A stretch of DNA of 64,000 bases from Paramoeba atlantica (taxonomy: Eukaryota; Protista; Discosea), in NCBI GenBank assembly GCA_977017575.1, contig CDRNVI010000004.1:124001-188000 (forward strand). The letters are read 5' to 3'. The notes under the pieces are model-generated. The model worked only from the letters and a program-made list of their open reading frames with translations. It searched no databases and was not told where the DNA came from. The position numbers were made by a program, and so were the translations under genes. This document shows positions 56,590 through 64,000 of this stretch, one piece after another (the first letter of the stretch is position 1; the number at the start of each line of letters is the position of its first letter).

Positions 56590-58976
56590 CGGGACCTCGG
56601 GGCCGGACGACCCCTGACACGGTACGGCTGCTCGGGAGGCCGCACCGTAGAGACGATAACCACGGAATTCCCTGGTCCCGGCCAGGTCCCGATCAGAGAA
56701 AATTATTTAGGTCACAATATAAGGTTAAAAAACATAATTTATCTCGAGCTTCCAGAAGATGTGCTAGAGAGCTGTGTGCGACGAGCGGAAGAAATTTTCC
56801 GCGAAAAGTTTTCTCCAGGAACGCAGGAAATTATGAAGAGACTACGGCGAAGATTCGCAAGTTTCGGGGAACAGGTTCACGCCCAAGGATACGCGCTCGA
56901 CGAAGAGAGGATGCTTTCCGCCTTTGCGCTTCATCTTTACGATCAAGAGGGCGTGAAAGGCCAAACAGTGGTGCAATATTTGTGCCACCTCGCGAACGAG
57001 TACTCCCTCTCGGGTGTGAAACTAGATGTAGCTCGGATGGATGCCTTAAAAATGGCCATGATGCGAAGGGCTTCTCCTGCTATAAAAGCGAACCCTATGT
57101 CTCGAGAGCAGGTAGTTCACTTTTTGAAGCAACCGCAACTGGCAGATATGGAAAGAACATTCATAATGGTGTACTGGCTCAGCGGCCAGAGGCCAGGCGA
57201 ACTGCTAACTCTCAATGTGGACGAAGTGTCGATCACTTCCGAGGACAACGACGAGACACACTTAGCTATCTGGATGTTAAGCCCGGCCAAGAATGTCACA
57301 AATCAGGAAAGGAGTACGCCCCGCTGCATACGAATAGTAATTCCTCAGGCCTGGAAGAAAACAATTCAAACCACTCTATGGACTTATCGGAGGATAGGTC
57401 GCGAAAAATGGTTCGGGGATGTGGACTTGAGAAAACTAAATCTGGCATTGAAAAAACTGCCGGCCGTTTTGAATCATCCTCGACTGAAGGAGAGTTTCAG
57501 CTTGTATTCGATTCGCAGAGGAGCGCTTCAACACCTTGCAGCGTTGGACGCGACAGCGCCGGATATTCAATGCTTAACTCGACATGTATCGGAAAACTCC
57601 CTTCGCGCTTACCTGGGATCCTACATGGATCCGAAAGCGGTGAAGGGTTTAGAGGTATCGAGACTATTAGGTGTACAGGCACCTCTGTATACGGAATTTC
57701 CCATGAAAGAACGAGGAACGTCTACCCGGAAAGATACCTTGACTCCACCCCCTACGAGGACACCAATCGAAATAGATTTGCCCCTCTGGGGGAGCGAGAA
57801 TCCGACCCCGGTTGCCGTGAGCGAGCGATCGTCAAAGAGGACTCCTTGCGAAACGATGGCTTGCGAAACCCCGCGCTGGGAACCCTCGGGCAGGTTCGAA
57901 ACACCCTGTTTTCCGAATGTGGCGAGAATACTCCCTTTGTTAACCCCCCCACTGCCCGGAGTTTCCTCGACCCTCGCCGTTTTAGCGCCGGAGAGCGACA
58001 TACCAGAATCGTGGTCGATCGAAAAGTCCGGCGCTCCCCCTCTCGCCGCCCTAAATTTTCCTCCCGTGTCTCGGTTTTCCGAGCGACCTCGCCTACAGGA
58101 TCCAATCCCGGAGTTTCCATTACAGGACAGCCTGTTTCGCACCCCCGCTCTGGTGCCAGAACCTCCCACCATCATTTCCCTGTCGCCCCCTCGGCAACAA
58201 AGTTTCCAAAGTCAACCAACGTTCTTCCCCTCCTGGCTTGCCCAGCCGGAGAGAATGCAACAGCCGGAGATTGTCAACCCGGAGAACGTGTTTCCCTCCC
58301 CAAGCCACGCTCAAGGCATGACACCTTCGACTTTGACGCAGTTTCCCCTAGTCTCTCAGACTATCATACCGGTTCAAGTGGTATCTTCCCTTTCTCCGCA
58401 AGCCCCGACGCCACACCAGGAAAAACCCAGTCCAGTGTTGGGTTCTCCTCCCCCTCGGCCTCTGGCCCCACATCAGGAAACACCAAGTCTGATGGTGTGC
58501 TCCCCCACTCCCCAGGCTCTGACGCCACATCAGGAAACACCAAGTCCGGTAGTGTTTTTTCGCACACCCGGGGCTCTGACGCCCCGTCAGGAAAGCTCAA
58601 GTCAAGCTCCTCCGTACATCACACCAGGTTTTTCCACTCCCGCAACTCCGTTCAACTTTTTGGCGTATCGGGACGCCGATCATTGGACCCCGCCTCCTCA
58701 GCCAACGCCGCCCCCCAATCTGCCGCCCGTAATTCATTACGAACCGCCGATGCAGAAAAAACGGTATCGAGTTCCTCAATACTTGTACAACCCGACAGGG
58801 ACGGACTACGCGTCTCCCGTTCAATCGCGGGCGAGATTCAAGAAGGCAAAAAGAGACGAACGGGAAAGGGAACTGGCACAAGCGGAGCACGACGACATGG
58901 TAGCACAAAGGGAGATGGAGTCCGATACGGAACGGGACATCTAGGTCCAAACAAAAACGGGCTAGGGGGGACCTAG
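56586..58976 (+). CDS. 796-codon ORF fully overlapping the YR in another frame; function unknown
   Basis: Open frame from an ATG overlapping the gag stop (ATGA); low-complexity S/R/G/T-rich; no RT motifs seen. Confidence 0.35.
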   Translation: MTGPRGRTTPDTVRLLGRPHRRDDNHGIPWSRPGPDQRKLFRSQYKVKKHNLSRASRRCARELCATSGRNFPRKVFSRNAGNYEETTAKIRKFRGTGSRPRIRARRREDAFRLCASSLRSRGRERPNSGAIFVPPRERVLPLGCETRCSSDGCLKNGHDAKGFSCYKSEPYVSRAGSSLFEATATGRYGKNIHNGVLAQRPEARRTANSQCGRSVDHFRGQRRDTLSYLDVKPGQECHKSGKEYAPLHTNSNSSGLEENNSNHSMDLSEDRSRKMVRGCGLEKTKSGIEKTAGRFESSSTEGEFQLVFDSQRSASTPCSVGRDSAGYSMLNSTCIGKLPSRLPGILHGSESGEGFRGIETIRCTGTSVYGISHERTRNVYPERYLDSTPYEDTNRNRFAPLGERESDPGCRERAIVKEDSLRNDGLRNPALGTLGQVRNTLFSECGENTPFVNPPTARSFLDPRRFSAGERHTRIVVDRKVRRSPSRRPKFSSRVSVFRATSPTGSNPGVSITGQPVSHPRSGARTSHHHFPVAPSATKFPKSTNVLPLLACPAGENATAGDCQPGERVSLPKPRSRHDTFDFDAVSPSLSDYHTGSSGIFPFSASPDATPGKTQSSVGFSSPSASGPTSGNTKSDGVLPHSPGSDATSGNTKSGSVFSHTRGSDAPSGKLKSSSSVHHTRFFHSRNSVQLFGVSGRRSLDPASSANAAPQSAARNSLRTADAEKTVSSSSILVQPDRDGLRVSRSIAGEIQEGKKRRTGKGTGTSGARRHGSTKGDGVRYGTGHLGPNKNGLGGT
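56761..58944 (+). CDS. Tyrosine recombinase with a long Pro/Ser/Thr-rich C-terminal extension
   Basis: YWLSGQRPGELL (R), PAKN (K), SLYSIRRGA (xxR), LTRHVSENSLRAYLG (H...Y). Confidence 0.85.
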   Translation: MLESCVRRAEEIFREKFSPGTQEIMKRLRRRFASFGEQVHAQGYALDEERMLSAFALHLYDQEGVKGQTVVQYLCHLANEYSLSGVKLDVARMDALKMAMMRRASPAIKANPMSREQVVHFLKQPQLADMERTFIMVYWLSGQRPGELLTLNVDEVSITSEDNDETHLAIWMLSPAKNVTNQERSTPRCIRIVIPQAWKKTIQTTLWTYRRIGREKWFGDVDLRKLNLALKKLPAVLNHPRLKESFSLYSIRRGALQHLAALDATAPDIQCLTRHVSENSLRAYLGSYMDPKAVKGLEVSRLLGVQAPLYTEFPMKERGTSTRKDTLTPPPTRTPIEIDLPLWGSENPTPVAVSERSSKRTPCETMACETPRWEPSGRFETPCFPNVARILPLLTPPLPGVSSTLAVLAPESDIPESWSIEKSGAPPLAALNFPPVSRFSERPRLQDPIPEFPLQDSLFRTPALVPEPPTIISLSPPRQQSFQSQPTFFPSWLAQPERMQQPEIVNPENVFPSPSHAQGMTPSTLTQFPLVSQTIIPVQVVSSLSPQAPTPHQEKPSPVLGSPPPRPLAPHQETPSLMVCSPTPQALTPHQETPSPVVFFRTPGALTPRQESSSQAPPYITPGFSTPATPFNFLAYRDADHWTPPPQPTPPPNLPPVIHYEPPMQKKRYRVPQYLYNPTGTDYASPVQSRARFKKAKRDERERELAQAEHDDMVAQREMESDTERDI

Positions 58977-59175
58977 TACTCATCGTAAGTTGTAGACTTT
59001 CGATGAGTCTTGAAGTCTACGGGAAGAATTTTGCTAGAAGATTATATAGGTTATTGAGATGAATTTATAGCATAGTGATTGTATTTCATATGTTCAAGTT
59101 GATATGTAGAATATTGGTTCATACGTTTTCATCTGCGCGTATAGATTTTATTCTCGCTTTACGAACAAAAAAGAA

Positions 59176-60229
59176 ATGGTACTACCGTCTACGAGGGATT
59201 TAGTTGCGCGTACTCGGAGCAGCTCTCCGTTAGAAAATCTACATCGTGAGGAATCGCAACGCGAAGAACAACGTGAAGATGGAGGTCGAAAAAACCCGTT
59301 GAATGTCAATCGTATGCGTGCCATTTGTACTCGAATTCGGGAGTTCCTTATGTTGATGCCGGGAGAAAGTCCCGCTCTTGGCATTACCGCGGAGTGGAAA
59401 CGGAAAGACTCGCCTAATTCAGAGATTCGTAAGACGACGGCAAAAGTTCGCAAGGAAGGTTTGGACCTATGGGCTCTCTGGGAAAATGAAGCAAGTAAGG
59501 AATATCCGTTTCGGCATCCTGACATGAATTATTATGATATTGAAATTGATTCGGAAATTAACCAAGAACAAATGGAAGAGGAAGCCCAAGCGGAGAATGA
59601 GATTGGTGAGCACATGGACCCCAATAATTTGGATCCGTACGAGCCCATAACTTTCGAGGCATGGATTATGTCGGCGGACAAATTCAAAGTGCGAGATTTG
59701 ATACGGGAGTTGAAAGATGCGCCTGAATTCGGTTTACGCATAAATCAATTCTTTGTGGATCGAACCTTTATCAAACAACAAGAACGGAATTTTGAGAACC
59801 TTTTCGTAAAGTGGATCATCTACGCTCGACAAACCCCGAATTGGAACAAAGGCACATATCTGGAAATCGGTAAAGGTATCATACAACTCTTACGCGACTC
59901 ATACTGGAAGGCACGAAGAATGGATGTGGAAGCGGTGCACCAGAAAATGAGCAAAGATGAACGTCCTCAAGATAAATTTTACCAGCACATTGCAGAGCAG
60001 ATGGAGGAGCGTAACAAGCAGTGGAACAAAAGTGTGTCTATGCGAGGACGGGGACGAGGATTTCGCGGTGGAATGACCAGTTATCGAGGGCGAAGCTAAT
60101 GAATTATTATGCTATCATTGTCGTGAACCGGGGCATATGCAACGATTTTGTCCTGCATTGAAGAAAGAACAAGAGGATTTTCGTCGCAGGGTGTCTGGCC
60201 CTGCCGAACAAGGCAGAAAAAGGTATTAA
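59176..60229 (+). CDS. Gag-like ORF; the CCHC knuckle follows a frameshift near 60090
   Basis: RGRGRG tail, then CYHCREPGHMQRFC at 60110-60151 in an adjacent frame. Confidence 0.75.
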
Positions 60230-62767
60230 GAATACCACACCCAAACGGCCAGTATGAAATCTGCAAGAACATCGCGAGGAAACAAGAAACGTTTATTGAA
60301 CCAGAAACCAATCAATCTGCAAGTAACAAACAAGAGGAAGCCAGCAAGCACTTTCGAACGAATCTCGAAACATCGAAAGCTGGATGCACCATGTGTGAAA
60401 TGCACGAAAGGCAGACCGCTCTCTTCTATGAAATTGTATGGAGGTACTTTGAGCTTACAAACCAATTGGCATGCAAAGCAGGATTTGCTGAAGCACATGA
60501 TAGGAATAAAAGAAATTACACCTCAAATCAAATACGCCATGGATGCGATGTCCCAGACATGGACGAACAGCACATGGAACACAAGAAGCAGGCTATGGAA
60601 AAAATTGAGCACATTTTGCCGGTGGCGAAACATAGATGTCAATCCGATTCATGCTGTAGCGTTCTGAACACAGCTGCCGATAGCGTTCCAAACAAAGTTG
60701 ACGTACGCCAGGAACTTACAAACATTGCTCAACCTCATGACAGCAAACACACTACCCCTAAAGCTATATTGCCGCGCACTACAAGCACAGGGATCCGAAG
60801 AACCAATCCACCAAATGAAGCCATTAACACCAGAGCTATTAAAACACACCAGAAGCCGGTTACCTCACCGAGAAAGTCTTGCGCTTCTGCTGTCGTGGAA
60901 AGCAGCGGCGCGATGGTCCGAAACAGCGGCTCTGACAAGGGACAGATTTGTGGAGGTGAACAATCATCAAGTAGTCATATGGTGGGGGAGAATGACGAAA
61001 GCTTCACGATACAATCCTTACCGGCGGTCGATGTACACAGGTGTGACGGGACTCGGTACATCAGAGATAGCAAATTTTGTAAGGACCTTAAAGCGGCACC
61101 AACCTTTGACAGAAACGACAGTAAGACAAATGGACCGTCTTTTAGTCCAAATACTTGGGCCAGGATACGGCACCCATTCAGTGAAACGCGGCGCAGTTAC
61201 TCATCTGTTCAAAGAAGTGGCCAAGGGAGAAATATCGTTGGAAACGGTGCAAACGCTAGCCAAGCATCAGGAAGTAAGCTCTCTACTCAGGTACAATGCG
61301 GATCCCATAACGACAGCGTTGGCCCTCGGAACACAACAAGCCACGCAGAAGCTGCCGACGCATTAGAGGAGGAGCAAGCATACCGCCAGTTTATGCGGGA
61401 TATCCCGTATATCAAGACCAAGTATACAATATTACGAACGAGAAGGTCTTCTAAAGTTGCCAGTAAGGTTGACATGAAAATTCCTTTGCATGTAAAACAT
61501 GGAATTCCACGTATGGACGTGGATAAAGTATTTGACTTAATGAACAATGAGGCCAAAGAAAGGTATAAGAAGTTGTGGAAGATGATATGCTCGACCGAGG
61601 GTTCTGTAAGCGTAGGCAGTCAAGGAATTCAGGACAAATCAGTTTCGACTATGTTTTTGTGCGACAGCGATGTGATAAGTTTGATAGAAACAGGCGTTGT
61701 GTCCAAGGTAACGCCGGAAGACCTTACATCACGACCGACCATTCAAATCATTTTACCATTTACTGTTATTGAAACCGATGAGCATGACACACTTGAACGT
61801 CGTCGATTTATTGCATGGTGTAAGGAGGATAATGAACGATTAAAGGATTTGTACGTCCCGTATGTGCCGTTGCGACATGGATCATACTATCTACATCGGG
61901 CTAGTTACGAGTTTGGACTAAAGAGAGATCTTGCGTGTGGCTTCTATCAAATACGACTTCCCGAACATGCACGTGCCAAATTTAGGTTCTCAGATAAGGA
62001 AGGAGCGACATACGAATTAAATGTATTGCCCATGGGCCACAGATGTGCCCCAGAACTAATGCACATGATCACAGCTGCTCTCGCAGGCGACCCCAATTAC
62101 TGCAACAGAGAACAAAGCTTTACAACAAGTGCTTTGGATACATACATTGATGGATTTCGGTGTGCAGGGGATTACGATGCAGTCAAGAAGTTCGGAGATT
62201 TTGTCGATAAAAGGGCGGTTTTAATTGGGGCAAAATATAAGGATGCAGAAGAAGAACCTAAAAAACAATACGTCTTTAATGGCGTGCACTATGATCCTCG
62301 TACTGCGAAAGTTTGTCTGGCGCCAAAAATTATTCATCGGTTATCAAAAGATATCTACTTTGGAATTTCGTATGGACAGTTGGAGTCATCTGTAGGAAGA
62401 TTACTTCACGCATCAATGGTTTTGGGGAAATCAATTCCGGAGCATCATTTTATATTTGAAGTTAGTAAGAAGGCGCATTAACGCTTTAAACCGTGATCTA
62501 AAACTTTTGTACGAACTGAGCCCTCTGCCGTATGCCGCTCGGATGGATCTTCAGGAGTGGACCCAAAGTATGGTCCACAACACGCCCATTTACCCTCCCC
62601 CACGCCCCGATACGGTCCCGCACTGCCATACACTTTTTACAGATGCTTCGTCGCACGGGTGGGGAGCAGTGTTGTATTTGGATCATGGACAGGTTGTGAT
62701 CGCAGGTGACGAAAACTTTTTTCAATTAGTATTTTCAAAGCGTGAGGTTCACATCATTAGGATATAA
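60148..62767 (+). CDS. Reverse transcriptase + RNase H (frameshift near 62470), with the N-terminus overprinted on the YR
   Basis: RRFIAW, RDLACGFYQI, LPMGHRCAP, TYIDG, then FTDASSHGWG. Confidence 0.88.
60254..61366 (+). CDS. Tyrosine recombinase (one in-frame TGA at 60665)
   Basis: SWKAAARWSE, RMTKAS, YGTHSVKRGA, LAKHQEVSSLLRY; 60254-60667 and 60698-61366 share a frame. Confidence 0.88.
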
Positions 62768-63239
62768 ATTTACAATACGTTTTTTCATAATTAAAGAATT
62801 CTATTTTTCTAAACGTACAAAAGGGAAGGGACAACCCTTTGTTCGTTTACAACAGGCATCATAATTCTTTTTTATTATTAGCAAAATCGACATCGAACTG
62901 GCGTGCGGGATAAAAATTGTATAAGACTTGCGATCGGGTGGTCGCCGCCGAGGCTACCCGTTCGCTAGAGAATATGCAGTTCGATGGAAATATTGTTAAT
63001 GGGGTACCCCTTTTTGATTTTAGCATAAAACGCATGTTTTTGCAGAAAAGTGATGATATACTCAGAAGAGATCATAGCAATTTTATCGTACACAAAACAA
63101 ACTTGAAGACATTTAGTTTATTTAGTTCTACGTATTTTAGAGAATATGATCGACGAAGCGAAATTCTCACGGAAAGTTGTAGACTTTCGATCAGTACTCA
63201 TCGAAGGTGTTTTTGACTTTTTAACTTTTTCGTATTTTA

Positions 63240-63560
63240 CTAAATTTTTGCGAAGGCCGAACTGTGAGCGTAGTCCTGGGACATAATAATATTTTTTGGC
63301 GACTCGTGCGCTGCAGCGCGCGGGTCGCGCACTGAGAACCTGCGTCTACCCCTTCCGCAGGATTGTCCAGAGGCAAGGCCCAACTGTGAGCGTAGCCCAC
63401 TTCTGGAGGCAAAAGCCCCCGTTTGCAAGCAAGGCCCAACTGTGAGCGTAGCCCTGGGACTTAATAATATTTTTACAACTACCTTGATAACAAATTTTAG
63501 TACTCATTCGTGGGAAGCAATTGGCGAAGCCCAACTACCTTGATAACAAATTTTAGCACC
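63240..63560. repeat. Degenerate tandem repeats (GGCCCAACTGTGAGCGTAGCC; CCTTGATAACAAATTTTAG) followed by a GC-rich block
   Basis: 3-4 and 2 copies visible. Confidence 0.7.
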
Positions 63561-63840
63561 CATTTTCGCCGCGCGGGGGCCCCCGCGTGAGCGGGGGTGC
63601 GCGCGGCCGCGAAACGGCGAGGGCCCGCGTGAGCGGGCCTGAGCCGTACCCCGCCTAGGATTCCCCTGTGCGTCGTTAGTGGGAAGCAATTTGCGAAGCT
63701 CACTGAATTTCGTAGTTTTCGCTACGCAGGCGTTGTCAACTTATATAGTGAAGTGTAGGATACTGAACGCACGGAAAATGAAAATCAAAAAAAATTCTTG
63801 GGTGTTCCACAAAAGTCCTTGACTTCCACCGTAAATTTCC

Positions 63841-63988
63841 GTTCGTTGAGTACTCAACGAACGTACCCCCAACCCAAAATCTCTATTAGAGTCGCTCAAA
63901 AACGCTTCGATGAGTACTCATCGAAAGTTGTAGACTTTCGATGAGACTCAGGGAAAGTTGTAGACTTTCGATGAGTGCTCATCGAAGC
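63841..63988. repeat. Nested palindromic array built from the ACTCATCGAAAGT arm
   Basis: Perfect 22-bp (63841-63862) and 20-bp (63906-63925) palindromes plus two arm-TGTAG-arm units. Confidence 0.85.
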
Positions 63989-64000
63989 TCCCCCCTACCC

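Larger units (their letters stand above)
58960..64000 (+). mobile_element. VIPER-like YR retrotransposon (gag - YR - RT/RNase H order), degenerate; boundaries approximate
   Basis: Three overlapping ORFs; palindromic repeat shared at both ends. Confidence 0.8.

Noticed and set aside
45292-60667. TGA=Trp genetic-code reassignment (in-frame TGA at 45292, 56587, 60665)
   Set aside because: The 803-aa and 882-aa host genes contain many Trp codons with no in-frame TGA, and TGG>TGA is a common inactivating change in old TEs; only the 56587 case was kept because of its readthrough context
1-64000. Fanzor/TnpB, telomeric TTAGGG arrays, tRNA or rRNA genes
   Set aside because: No RuvC-type motifs, telomere repeats or recognisable tRNA/rRNA signatures were found by eye; a covariance-model scan would be needed to exclude them

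Overview
Eukaryotic, most likely kinetoplastid (euglenozoan), nuclear DNA that is dominated by transposable elements and repeats. Only three host genes are recognisable, all on the minus strand and intronless: a DNAJC21/Jjj1-like J-protein running off the left edge, a homologue of the trypanosome mitoribosomal protein mS51/KRIPP1, and an 882-aa orphan. The rest comprises: (1) non-LTR retrotransposons, namely several CRE/SLACS-like RT+restriction-like-endonuclease (RLE) elements, one NeSL/HERO-like element and an RTE-like fragment; (2) two tyrosine-recombinase (YR) elements of VIPER/DIRS type; (3) DNA transposons (Harbinger/ISL2EU-like, Merlin, pogo, Tc1) and many TA-flanked MITEs; (4) a ~3.8-kb 83-bp satellite and smaller minisatellites; (5) fragments of spliced-leader (SL) RNA-like sequence. 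The most notable observations are a NeSL/HERO-like retroelement with an SL exon joined to its 5' end and five Mer3/HFM1-like zinc motifs, an RT-less YR element with a gag-UGA-YR readthrough-type junction and a fully overlapping 796-codon ORF, and lox-like palindromes bracketing the VIPER-like element. All family assignments are from motif recognition by eye; no database search was run.
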